From the NCBI GenBank assembly GCA_046063295.1, contig JBJTMA010000050.1, positions 1 to 52,516 of the forward strand: a stretch of 52,516 bases of DNA, written 5' to 3'. Position numbers and translations under genes: made by a program. Each line of letters starts with the position of its first letter. The first letter of the stretch is position 1. Below the pieces are notes generated by a model. The model was not told the DNA's origin. It searched no databases and worked only from the letters and a program-made list of their open reading frames with translations. Positions 38,478 through 47,560 of the stretch are shown piece by piece. The DNA comes from Novosphingobium sp. GTDB taxonomy: Bacteria; Pseudomonadota; Alphaproteobacteria; Sphingomonadales; Sphingomonadaceae.

Positions 38478-38491
38478 TGAAACCGGTTACA
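38478..38491. promoter_or_regulatory. LacI-family operator A (TGAAACCGGTTACA)
   Basis: 13/14 match to the consensus, 13 nt upstream of the GH144-Fn3 start. Confidence 0.75.
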
Positions 38492-38714
38492 TCGAAGTCG
38501 ATGTAGCGCTTGGGGACAAAATTAGTCAAACGCTTTGCAATAAGCGCACCTCTCTGGCTGTGCGGCCAGTCGACGCGGAACGGCCGTTCCTTATTGCATC
38601 AATTCGTACTTTTGAATTGCACACGTGCGCAAGCGAACCTGCCACCCGGTCCAGTCTGTTTCCCATGCCGATGGCGCTCTTGTACGGCTTGACCATGTGA
38701 ACATTATCATTTAG

Positions 38715-38726
38715 GTGAACGTTCAC
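38715..38726. promoter_or_regulatory. LacI-family operator B (GTGAACGTTCAC)
   Basis: Perfect 12-bp palindrome about 50 nt upstream of TBDR 38775; a half-site TGTGAAC lies just upstream; near-copy at 49838. Confidence 0.75.
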
Positions 38727-38774
38727 ATTTTCGACGCAGCACGATAAAGTGCGCGTATTCCGGGGAGGATTTGG

Positions 38775-41700
38775 ATGACGAGTGATTCACGCACAGCCAG
38801 GCTCGGTCGGTTGCTGGTCAGCGCCTCGATTGTTGCGATCGGGCTGTCTGGGCATCCCGTAATGGCGCAGGAAGCGCCAGCCGCAGATAGCGCCGATGCG
38901 CCCCAGGAAATCGTCGTTAGCGGCATCCGCCGCTCACTCCGCGACGCGATGGACGTGAAGCGCGATTCGCAAGGCGTGGTCGATGCGATTTCGGCCGAAG
39001 ACATCGGCAAGTTCCCCGATACAAACCTCGCCGAAGCCCTGCAGCGCATCACCGGCGTGTCGATCGATCGCAACAGCGGTGAAGGTTCGAAGGTCACCGT
39101 CCGCGGGTTTGGGCCGGACTTCAACCTGGTCCTGCTCAACGGCCGCCAGATGCCCGCATCGGGCCTGGGCAGCTGCTGTGAAGCGCCGGCCTCGCGTAGC
39201 TTCGACTTCGCCAACCTCGCCGCCGAAGGCATTGCCGGGGTCGAAGTCTACAAGTCGGGCCGCGCCAGCCTGCCCACTGGCGGCATTGGTTCGGTCATCA
39301 ACATCAAGACCCCGCGCCCGCTGGACCGCCCCGGCTTCAAGGGCAGCCTCGCAGTAAAGGGGGTCTATGACCACACTTTCGAAGGCACCCACATCACGCC
39401 TGAAGTTTCGGGCATTCTCAGCCACACCTTCGCTGACGATACCTGGGGCATCCTGATTACCGGGACCTACCAAAAGCGCCGCGCGAGCCTCGCGCAGTTC
39501 AATGCCGGGTGGCGTGAAGGCTACCTTGGCAACGAAAACAACTGGGGCTCGTTGCCGGTCGACGCCAACGACTGGCGCGGCAACTTCGCGCAGGTGACCA
39601 ATCATCCGAAGGCGACCGACGTCTATCAGGTGACCCAGAACGCCGGTTACGATTTTACCGACATCGAGCGTGAGCGGATCAACGGCCAGGCGGTCCTGCA
39701 GATCAGGGCAACCGACAGCCTGCAAGCTGTGCTTGACTACACCTATTCGCAGAACACCATCGATGCGCGCACGAACAGCATCGGCGTGTGGTTCAACCAC
39801 AACAACACCACCAGCAGTTGGACCAACGGCCCGGCAGCAGGCCCCAACTTCTATTCGGAAGCCTTTAACCAGAGCGAAGGCAAGGATCTCGCGATCACCG
39901 GCGCGGTGGCCAAGAACCGTTCAATCAACAAGTCGATCGGTATCAACCTCCGCTACGACGGCGATTCCCCACTGCATGTCGAATTCGACGCGCATCATTC
40001 GACTGCGGAAAGCAAGCCGACTTCGCCCTATGGCAGCAACATCGCCATCGGCAGCGCGATTTACGGCGTCAAGAACCAGACCGTCGACTTCACCCACGCC
40101 ATGCCGGTCATCTCGGTCAACATGTATCCGGGTTCGGAAATCAATGCGGCGAACATTCGCCCCGCGGGTAACGCGTTCCGCAATGCCTACATGAAGGACA
40201 CCATCGACGAGGTGTCGCTTAAGGGCCACTGGGACTTCGACGCCTCGTTCATCGACAGTCTCGATTTCGGCGCGACATATACGGAGAACAAGGTTCGCTC
40301 CGCCTACGGTTTCATCCAGAGCGACAGCTGGGGAGGGATCGACGCCAACCCGGATCCGAACATCTTTGAGCGTCTGGACGTGCCGGATTCGCTTTATGTG
40401 GCGACCGCCCTGCCGCCCCACCTTGCCGGCATGGAAGGCTCGAATGCCACCGGGATCATCCCCACCTACTTCCAGATCGATACAACCGGCCTGATCACCC
40501 TGCTCGAACAGAAGGCGAAGATCTGCAGCGCTCCCTGGACTGGCTCCGCCGCGCCAGGCACCTGTCTCGCAAACTTCCAGGCCGACCGGCACATCTCGGA
40601 AAAGACGATTTCGCCCTACATTCAGTCGAACCACAAGTTTGATCTGGGCACTATGCAGGTGAACCTGCGGATGGGCCTGCGCTACGAAAACACCGACGTA
40701 AACTCCTCGGCTCAGTCTGCCGTTCCGACTGGCACGGTATGGACTGCTGCCAACGAGATTTCACCGCGTTCGGTGAACTATTCGGGCACCACCCTCAGCA
40801 AGAGCCACTACAGCAACTGGCTGCCGGCAATCGACCTTGACCTCAACCCGATGAACGACGTCAAGCTGCGTGCATCGTACAGCCACACCCTGACCCGCGC
40901 CGACTATGCAAGCCTGCAGGCCGGCTTCCAGGTCAACCAGCCGTACCGTCCGGGCGGTGGCAGCACAGCGTCGACCGGTAACCCGGCGCTGATCCCGTAC
41001 AAGTCGAAGAACATCGATCTCTCGGCCGAATGGTACTACGGACGCGACAGCTACATCTCGGTTGGCTTCTTCCACAAGAAGGTCAGCAACTTCATTGCCG
41101 ATACGACCGTCCAGCAGCCGCTGTTCAATCTGACCAACCCGTCGACCGGGGCCGCTGCCAACGCTGCACGGGCGGCGCTGGGCGGCAGCCCGACCTTCGC
41201 TGACATTCTCGCCTATCTCGCCGCCAACAATCCGAGCGTGGTGCTGTTCAACAACGGCTCGCCGCAAGGTATCATCGGTCAGCCGGGCGATCCGGCGCTG
41301 ATCTTCACGACGAGCACCAAGAGCAACAGCAGCCAGGTGGCAAACCTGCATGGCTTCGAATTCGCCATCCAGCACAGCTTCTGGAACACCGGTTTCGGTA
41401 CCCAGCTCAACTACACGATCGTCCGCAGTGACACGAAGTACGACCCGACCCTCCGTTACACCGCAACGCAGTTTGCTGTGCCCGGCGTTTCGGACAGCGC
41501 CAACGCGGTGCTCTACTACGACAAGAACGGCGTGCAGGCTCGTGTCGCCTACAACTGGCGCGACGGGTTCCTGTCGGGCTACGGCCTCGATCCCTACTAC
41601 ATCAACGCTTACGGTCAGTTCGACGTGAGCGCGAGCTGGGAGTTCCGCAAGGGCGCCACGGTGTTCGTTGAAGGGATCAACATCACCAACGCCGACCGCA

Positions 41701-41786
41701 AGGGCCACATGCGCAACGACCAAACCGTGTTCTTCGCCGCGCCGGGCTATGCCCGCTATGCTGCGGGGCTGCGCTACACGTTCTGA
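38775..41786 (+). CDS. TonB-dependent receptor (sugar/glucan type)
   Basis: Signal peptide; TonB box EIVVSG, DAISAEDIGKFPD.NLAEALQRITGVSIDR and VEVYKS motifs; C-terminal GLRYTF; GGAGG RBS. Confidence 0.95.
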   Translation: MTSDSRTARLGRLLVSASIVAIGLSGHPVMAQEAPAADSADAPQEIVVSGIRRSLRDAMDVKRDSQGVVDAISAEDIGKFPDTNLAEALQRITGVSIDRNSGEGSKVTVRGFGPDFNLVLLNGRQMPASGLGSCCEAPASRSFDFANLAAEGIAGVEVYKSGRASLPTGGIGSVINIKTPRPLDRPGFKGSLAVKGVYDHTFEGTHITPEVSGILSHTFADDTWGILITGTYQKRRASLAQFNAGWREGYLGNENNWGSLPVDANDWRGNFAQVTNHPKATDVYQVTQNAGYDFTDIERERINGQAVLQIRATDSLQAVLDYTYSQNTIDARTNSIGVWFNHNNTTSSWTNGPAAGPNFYSEAFNQSEGKDLAITGAVAKNRSINKSIGINLRYDGDSPLHVEFDAHHSTAESKPTSPYGSNIAIGSAIYGVKNQTVDFTHAMPVISVNMYPGSEINAANIRPAGNAFRNAYMKDTIDEVSLKGHWDFDASFIDSLDFGATYTENKVRSAYGFIQSDSWGGIDANPDPNIFERLDVPDSLYVATALPPHLAGMEGSNATGIIPTYFQIDTTGLITLLEQKAKICSAPWTGSAAPGTCLANFQADRHISEKTISPYIQSNHKFDLGTMQVNLRMGLRYENTDVNSSAQSAVPTGTVWTAANEISPRSVNYSGTTLSKSHYSNWLPAIDLDLNPMNDVKLRASYSHTLTRADYASLQAGFQVNQPYRPGGGSTASTGNPALIPYKSKNIDLSAEWYYGRDSYISVGFFHKKVSNFIADTTVQQPLFNLTNPSTGAAANAARAALGGSPTFADILAYLAANNPSVVLFNNGSPQGIIGQPGDPALIFTTSTKSNSSQVANLHGFEFAIQHSFWNTGFGTQLNYTIVRSDTKYDPTLRYTATQFAVPGVSDSANAVLYYDKNGVQARVAYNWRDGFLSGYGLDPYYINAYGQFDVSASWEFRKGATVFVEGINITNADRKGHMRNDQTVFFAAPGYARYAAGLRYTF

Positions 41787-41821
41787 TCCGGACGGCCCCT
41801 TGAGGGCCGGCCAGCAGACAG

Positions 41822-41854
41822 GGAGCCGCGCCGCATGCCGGTGCGGCTCCTTTT
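41822..41854 (+). terminator. Intrinsic terminator-like hairpin after the TBDR
   Basis: GGAGCCGCGCCG-CATGC-CGGTGCGGCTCC followed by TTTT. Confidence 0.7.
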
Positions 41855-41892
41855 CCGCATTCAAGGACAGACGTTTCGAGTAAGACGATCGT

Positions 41893-43416
41893 ATGAGCGG
41901 AGAGATTGGCCAGGTTGCAATTGTGGGCGGCGGCACCGCAGGTTGGCTGTCGGCCTGCGTACTCGCGGCTCGGCATCCGTGGCTGCAGGTTACGCTTGTG
42001 GAAGCTCCCGATATCCCGACTATTGGCGTGGGCGAAGGCACCTGGCCGACGATGCGCGAGACCCTGGCGACGATCGGCATTCCTGAGTTCGAATTTCTCA
42101 CCGCATGCGACGCTTCATTCAAGCAGGGTTCGCGGTTCGATGGTTGGGTCAGCGGGGACCCAGGCGACAGCTATTGTCATCCGTTCACCCTGCCCCCAGC
42201 CGGTGACATGCGCGAACTCCTTGCGGCCTGTGACGGAGACGCTTCTTTCGCCGCCGCTATGACGCCCCAACTTGCGGTCTCTGCTGCCAATCTTGCGCCC
42301 CGCCAGCGCGCGATGCCCGACTATGCAGGCGCTCTGAACTACGCCTACCATCTCGACGCTGGCAAGTTTGCCGCGCTCCTTGCGCGCCATGCCGTCCAGC
42401 GCCTCGGGGTGCGGCGGCTTTCGGCGAAAGTCGTGGCGGTGCGCACGGACGATAGCTGCGACATCGTTGCACTCGAACTCGACGATGGAACCAGCCTTGC
42501 GGCAGACCTGTTCGTCGATTGCAGCGGTCAGGCCGGCCTGCTGATCGACGGTCATTTCGGGGTCGAATGGGTTGATCGTTCGGACGTCTCCTTCAACGAT
42601 CGCGCGCTCGCCGTGCAGGTTCCGACCGCGCCCGACAGCGAATTGGCCTCGGTCACTATCGGCACGGCGCACGAGGCTGGCTGGCTGTGGGACATCGCCC
42701 TCCCCACAAGGCGCGGGATCGGCTGTGTCTACAGCTCGCGCCACCTGTCCGATTCCAAGGCTGACGAAGTGCTGCGCGACTACGTGGCTCGCTCGATCCC
42801 AGACTGCGATGCGGCCTCGCTCAATCCGCGGCTGTTGGCGTTCCGCACTGGCCACCGCACACATTTCTGGCATCGCAACTGCATCGCGATCGGGCTCTCG
42901 GCGGGGTTCATCGAGCCGCTCGAAGCATCAGCTATCGTGATGATCGAACTGTCGCTTCGCGCGCTTGGCGATGCCTTGCCGATGAGCCGCGCCGCAATGG
43001 ACATCCACGCCGAACGTTTCAACGCCCGCTTCCGCTATCGCTGGGACAGGATCGTCGAGTTCCTCAAACTCCACTATGTTCTGAGTCGCAGGGACGAGCC
43101 CTACTGGCTGGCACAGCGCGCGCCCGAAACCGTGCCGCAGCGCTTGGCCGAAAACCTGCGGTTGTGGGCCGAGCAGCCTCCGAGTGCTGCCGATTTTCCC
43201 GATTTCGAAGAAGTGTTCCCGGCGGCGAGCCAGCAGTACGTGCTGTACGGGATGACGAATGTCCCACAGCGAGCGGCGAGCCCCGCTTCGGGCCTTGCCT
43301 CGGCACGGCTTGCCGAGGTGCGCGAACGAACGCGGTCGATGCTGGCCGGCTTGCCCAGCAACCGCGCCTATTTCGATGCCATTGCCACTGTCCCGGCAGA
43401 AAGACGAACCGCCTGA
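41893..43416 (+). CDS. Flavin-dependent halogenase (tryptophan halogenase family) 2
   Basis: [31 protein letters not shown] (variant WxWxIP) and [10 protein letters not shown] motifs. Confidence 0.9.
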   Translation: MSGEIGQVAIVGGGTAGWLSACVLAARHPWLQVTLVEAPDIPTIGVGEGTWPTMRETLATIGIPEFEFLTACDASFKQGSRFDGWVSGDPGDSYCHPFTLPPAGDMRELLAACDGDASFAAAMTPQLAVSAANLAPRQRAMPDYAGALNYAYHLDAGKFAALLARHAVQRLGVRRLSAKVVAVRTDDSCDIVALELDDGTSLAADLFVDCSGQAGLLIDGHFGVEWVDRSDVSFNDRALAVQVPTAPDSELASVTIGTAHEAGWLWDIALPTRRGIGCVYSSRHLSDSKADEVLRDYVARSIPDCDAASLNPRLLAFRTGHRTHFWHRNCIAIGLSAGFIEPLEASAIVMIELSLRALGDALPMSRAAMDIHAERFNARFRYRWDRIVEFLKLHYVLSRRDEPYWLAQRAPETVPQRLAENLRLWAEQPPSAADFPDFEEVFPAASQQYVLYGMTNVPQRAASPASGLASARLAEVRERTRSMLAGLPSNRAYFDAIATVPAERRTA

Positions 43417-43418
43417 CC

Positions 43419-44135
43419 ATGACCAACCACCAGATACTCAATCCCGCCGATCACGGGACCCTGCGCATAGATACCGGCGCAGGCAGCAGCCTTGGCGATG
43501 GCGTAATGGCCAGCCTGGTTGTTCCCAAGGAATTCCGCCGCCTCGCCTGCGAATACCCGATCCTGTTTCGCTACGATGCGGAGACCCGCATGTTCGGTGC
43601 ACTGGCGCTGTTCGGCTTCGAACCCGGCGAAAACCTCTACCTGGAGGAACTGCGCTGGAATGCGACATGCCGTCCGCTGGCCATGAGTGTCCAACCGTTC
43701 CTGGTTGGCCGTTCGCAGGATGGCAGCGGCCCGTCGCAGGTTCACATCGACATGGCCCATCCGCGGATTTCTACTTCGGGCGAAGGGATGCGCGTGTTTG
43801 ACGATGCGGGCCAGCAGACGCCGTATCTCGAGGAAATGACCCGGCAGCTCGGCTCGCTCGATGAAGGTTACCGGGCGAGCGGAGAGTTCCTTGCGGCACT
43901 TGCCCGTTTTGAACTGCTCGAGCCGTTCTCGATGGACGTCACGCTCGATAGCGGCGCGATGCACCGCCTGGTCGGCTATCACCTGATCGACGAGACGAAG
44001 CTGGCCGCTCTCGAACCAGGCGCGCTTGCCGAACTCCACGCCGCCGGTCATCTCGAACCGATCTACATGGCGCTCGCCTCGCTCGGCAATCTGGCCAAGC
44101 TCGTTCGCCGCAAGAACCGCCGGAGCAATGGCTGA
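43419..44135 (+). CDS. SapC family protein
   Basis: LN...H..LRI, EFRRLACEYPILF, ALFGFEPGENLYL, QPFLVG, TPYL and IDE.KL..L motifs; ATG 43419. Confidence 0.82.
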   Translation: MTNHQILNPADHGTLRIDTGAGSSLGDGVMASLVVPKEFRRLACEYPILFRYDAETRMFGALALFGFEPGENLYLEELRWNATCRPLAMSVQPFLVGRSQDGSGPSQVHIDMAHPRISTSGEGMRVFDDAGQQTPYLEEMTRQLGSLDEGYRASGEFLAALARFELLEPFSMDVTLDSGAMHRLVGYHLIDETKLAALEPGALAELHAAGHLEPIYMALASLGNLAKLVRRKNRRSNG

Positions 44136-45153
44136 CCCCGCGAGCCTGGTGGCGGGCCTGCCCCGCGTCGCCGAGGAGCAGGTGTCTCCCGGGGAACTCG
44201 ACGCGCGCTTGCGCGATGCCGACCGCCCCTTTGTTGTGCGCGGCCTTGCCCGCGACTGGCCATTGGTCAAGGCAGGGCGCGAAAGCAGCGCGGCAGCGCG
44301 GGAATACCTCGTCCGCCACGCCCGCGACCGCGTGTTCCCGGTCAATATCGGCCTTCCCGGCGGCGGCGAGCGCTTGTTTTACGACGAGGCGATGGGGGTC
44401 AATTTCCGGATGGCCAACGGTCCGCTTGGCCCGATCCTCGATGGTATAGGCGCCAACGAGGACAAGCCGGACGCTCCGGCGATCTACCTCTCGTCGATCG
44501 ACATGGGCGACTATTTCAACGGGCTCGCCGAGGCCAACCGGCTGCCGCTGGGGAATCGGCATCCGATAGAATCGATCTGGATCGGCAGCCGTACCCGCAT
44601 CGCAGCGCATAATGACGTGCCGAGCAACGTCGCGGTCTGCGCGGTGGGCCGGCGGCGTTTCACGCTGTTCCCGCCCGAACAATTCGCCAACCTCTATCTC
44701 GGGCCGCTTGAGAACACGCCTGCGGGTCGGCCCGTCTCGATGGTCGATTTCAGCGCCCCTGATCTCGAACGCTTCCCCCGGTTTGCGAAAGCGATGGCGC
44801 ATGCCGAGGTCGCCGAACTCGAGCCGGGAGACGCGATATACGTGCCCTCGATGTGGTGGCACCATGTCGAGGGCCTCGCCCCGTTCAACGTTCTGGTGAA
44901 CTACTGGTGGCGTGATGTGCCCGCTTACCTCGGCCAGCCCGAGGATGCGCTGTTCCACGCCATCCTTGCGCTGCGCGACCTGCCCGAGGCCGACAAGGAC
45001 CGCTGGCGCGCGCTGTTCGATCATTACGTTTTTGCCAATGGAGCCGATGTGACCCAGCACCTCCCCCCCGAAGCGCGCGGCATCCTTGCCCCGCTCACGC
45101 CCGAAACGGCCGGCCAGATCCGCGCCAAGCTGCTGAGGAGTCTGTCACGATGA
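44128..45153 (+). CDS. Cupin-like / JmjC-domain (Pass1-like) putative 2OG-Fe(II) hydroxylase
   Basis: PFVVRG...WP, IWIG, AAHND (HxD), GRRRFTLFPP, LEPGDAIYVPSMWWHHVE and VNYWW motifs. Confidence 0.85.
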   Translation: MADPASLVAGLPRVAEEQVSPGELDARLRDADRPFVVRGLARDWPLVKAGRESSAAAREYLVRHARDRVFPVNIGLPGGGERLFYDEAMGVNFRMANGPLGPILDGIGANEDKPDAPAIYLSSIDMGDYFNGLAEANRLPLGNRHPIESIWIGSRTRIAAHNDVPSNVAVCAVGRRRFTLFPPEQFANLYLGPLENTPAGRPVSMVDFSAPDLERFPRFAKAMAHAEVAELEPGDAIYVPSMWWHHVEGLAPFNVLVNYWWRDVPAYLGQPEDALFHAILALRDLPEADKDRWRALFDHYVFANGADVTQHLPPEARGILAPLTPETAGQIRAKLLRSLSR

Positions 45154-46649
45154 GCGCGCCCGCAAAGCTGCGCGTGGTGATTGCCGGAGGCGGCACCGCA
45201 GGCTGGATGACCGCCGCGGCCATGGCGGGGACGCTGGGCAACACGATCGAACTCACCTTGGTCGAATCCGATGCGATCGGCACGATCGGCGTGGGCGAAA
45301 GCACGATCCCCCCGATCGTGCTGTTCAACCGCCTGCTGGGCATCAACGAAGCCGATTTCATGCGTGAGACCCAGGCCACCTTCAAGCTGGGAATCCTGTT
45401 CGAGAACTGGAAGGACGTGGGCGAGCGGTACTTCCATTCGTTCGGCATGACGGGCAAGGATCACTGGTCCGCGGGCTTCCAGCACTTCTGGATGCACGGG
45501 CTGAACAACGGTCACCAGCACAGCTACGATGATTACTGCCTTGAGTTGAAGGCGGCGCTGGCGGGCAAGTTCGCGCACCTGCCCGATGACAAGATGAATT
45601 ACGCCTACCAGCTCGATTCATCGCTGTATGCCGCCTTCCTCAGGAAGCGCGCCGAGGCCGAGGGCGCAGTGCGGATCGAGGGCCGGATCGCAGAGATCGA
45701 ACTTGATGGGCTAAGCGGGAACATCGATGCACTGCGGCTCGACGGCGACCGCCGTATCGAGGGTGACCTGTTCATCGACTGCACTGGTTTTCGTGCGCTG
45801 CTGATCGAAGGCGCGCTGCATGCCGGGTTCGACGACTGGACCCATTACCTGCCGTGCGACAGCGCCATCGCGGTGCAGACCGCCAGCGTGCGCCCCCCGG
45901 TGCCCTATACCCGCGCGATCGCGCACGAGGCGGGATGGCAGTGGCGCATCCCACTGCAGCACCGCCAGGGCAACGGGATCGTCTATTGCAGCCGCTACAT
46001 GGACAAGGACACGGCGCTAGAAAAGCTCCTCGACAGCGTCGAGGGCGAGGTGCTGACCAAGCCCAACGTGATTGGCTACACCACCGGGGTGCGGCGCAAG
46101 CAGTGGCACCGCAATTGCGTGGCAGTGGGCTTGTCGGGCGGGTTCATGGAGCCGCTCGAATCGACCAGCATCCATCTGATCCAGCGCGCGGTGCTGCGCC
46201 TGATCCGGATGCTTCCGGCCGGCCCGGTAAGCGAACGCGACGTGGCCGAATTCAACGACCAGCAGTTCACCGACATGGAGCAGATCAGGGATTTCCTGAT
46301 CCTCCACTACTTCGTGACCCAGCGCCGCGATACGCCGTTCTGGCGGCACTGTGCGGCCTTGCCGGTTCCAGACAGTCTGGCCCAGAAGATAGAGCTGTTC
46401 CGCGAAACGGGCCGGGTCTTCCGCAAGAACGAAGAACTGTTCGTCGAAAACAGTTGGGTCCAGGTTATGATGGGCCAGGGTATCATGCCGCAAAGCTATC
46501 ATCCGATCGCTGCCAAGCTGCGGGCGGAGGAACTCGATCATTTTCTCGGCAGCCTGCGCACTTCGGTTGGCAACACCGTTGACACCTTGCCGTCGCATGG
46601 GGACTACATCGCGAGCTACTGCGCGGCACGGCAAAGCGAGGCGGCGTGA
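45150..46649 (+). CDS. Flavin-dependent halogenase (tryptophan halogenase family) 3
   Basis: GGGTAGW, IGVGESTIP, ATFKLGI, GWQWRIPLQHR and FMEPLESTSI motifs. Confidence 0.92.
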   Translation: MSAPAKLRVVIAGGGTAGWMTAAAMAGTLGNTIELTLVESDAIGTIGVGESTIPPIVLFNRLLGINEADFMRETQATFKLGILFENWKDVGERYFHSFGMTGKDHWSAGFQHFWMHGLNNGHQHSYDDYCLELKAALAGKFAHLPDDKMNYAYQLDSSLYAAFLRKRAEAEGAVRIEGRIAEIELDGLSGNIDALRLDGDRRIEGDLFIDCTGFRALLIEGALHAGFDDWTHYLPCDSAIAVQTASVRPPVPYTRAIAHEAGWQWRIPLQHRQGNGIVYCSRYMDKDTALEKLLDSVEGEVLTKPNVIGYTTGVRRKQWHRNCVAVGLSGGFMEPLESTSIHLIQRAVLRLIRMLPAGPVSERDVAEFNDQQFTDMEQIRDFLILHYFVTQRRDTPFWRHCAALPVPDSLAQKIELFRETGRVFRKNEELFVENSWVQVMMGQGIMPQSYHPIAAKLRAEELDHFLGSLRTSVGNTVDTLPSHGDYIASYCAARQSEAA

Positions 46650-47557
46650 TGTGGGCGCGCTTGTTCGTCCTCGCCGGTGTTGCCCTTCTGGCGCCGGCGG
46701 CGGCACCCGCCGACAACGACTGGAAGCTGGTCTGGGCCGACGAATTCGACAGCGGCAAGATCGACCGCGCGAAGTGGTCGTTCGAAGCCGATTGCTGGGG
46801 CGGCGGCAATAACGAGCGGCAATGCTATACCAAAAGCGCTCGGAATGCTGCCGTTGTCGATGGCAAGCTGGTGATCACGGCGCGGCATGAACGCAGCACC
46901 GGTCCCGCCCTTCCCGCGCACCTGCGCGCCGGCGCGGCGATGCCCGATGCCGAGGCAAGCCGGGATTTCAGTTCGGCCAAGCTCTCCACCAAGGGCAAGG
47001 CATCGTGGCGCTATGGCAAGATCGAAATGCGGGCCAAGCTTCCACAGGGCCAGGGAACCTGGCCGGCGTTCTGGATGCTTCCCGAAAAAAATACCTACGG
47101 CCCTTGGGCATCTTCAGGCGAAATCGACATTCTCGAGGCGGTCAATCTGGGCGTGCCCTGCACCAAGTGCGCGGGCCGGCGTGAGGATACGATCCTGGGG
47201 ACCCTTCATTTCGGAGGCAGTTCGCCCAAGAACCTGCACAAGGGCGAAGAAGTGCCCTTCCCCGAGGTACTTGATGGCAGCTTCCACACCTATGGGATCG
47301 TCTGGGAACCCGGCAAGATTACATGGCAGTTCGATGGCAAGACCTATGCCACTCGTGTCGCCAGCGAATGGTCGACAACGGGTTCGCTCAGCCCGGGCGC
47401 GCCGTTCGACCAGCCGTTCTACCTGATTGTCAACCTCGCCATCGGCGGCGGCTTACCCGAAGCGCGCGGATTGGGCGGCGTGAAGCTTGACGGATACCCC
47501 AAGCTGATGGAAATCGACTGGGTTCGCGTCTGGCAGCGCAGCGCAGGGGGCAAGTAA
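46649..47557 (+). CDS. GH16 laminarinase-type endo-beta-1,3-glucanase, secreted
   Basis: Signal peptide; WKLVWADEF, WPAFWML, GEIDILE (ExDxxE), FHTYG and PFDQPFYLIVNLAIGG motifs. Confidence 0.92.
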   Translation: MWARLFVLAGVALLAPAAAPADNDWKLVWADEFDSGKIDRAKWSFEADCWGGGNNERQCYTKSARNAAVVDGKLVITARHERSTGPALPAHLRAGAAMPDAEASRDFSSAKLSTKGKASWRYGKIEMRAKLPQGQGTWPAFWMLPEKNTYGPWASSGEIDILEAVNLGVPCTKCAGRREDTILGTLHFGGSSPKNLHKGEEVPFPEVLDGSFHTYGIVWEPGKITWQFDGKTYATRVASEWSTTGSLSPGAPFDQPFYLIVNLAIGGGLPEARGLGGVKLDGYPKLMEIDWVRVWQRSAGGK

Positions 47558-47560
47558 ACG

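Noticed and set aside
34573-46649. Classical halogenated-metabolite cluster (pyrrolnitrin, RiPP or NRPS)
   Set aside because: No prnBCD, NRPS/PKS, flavin reductase or convincing precursor-peptide ORF was seen in the intergenic gaps; the context is carbohydrate uptake.
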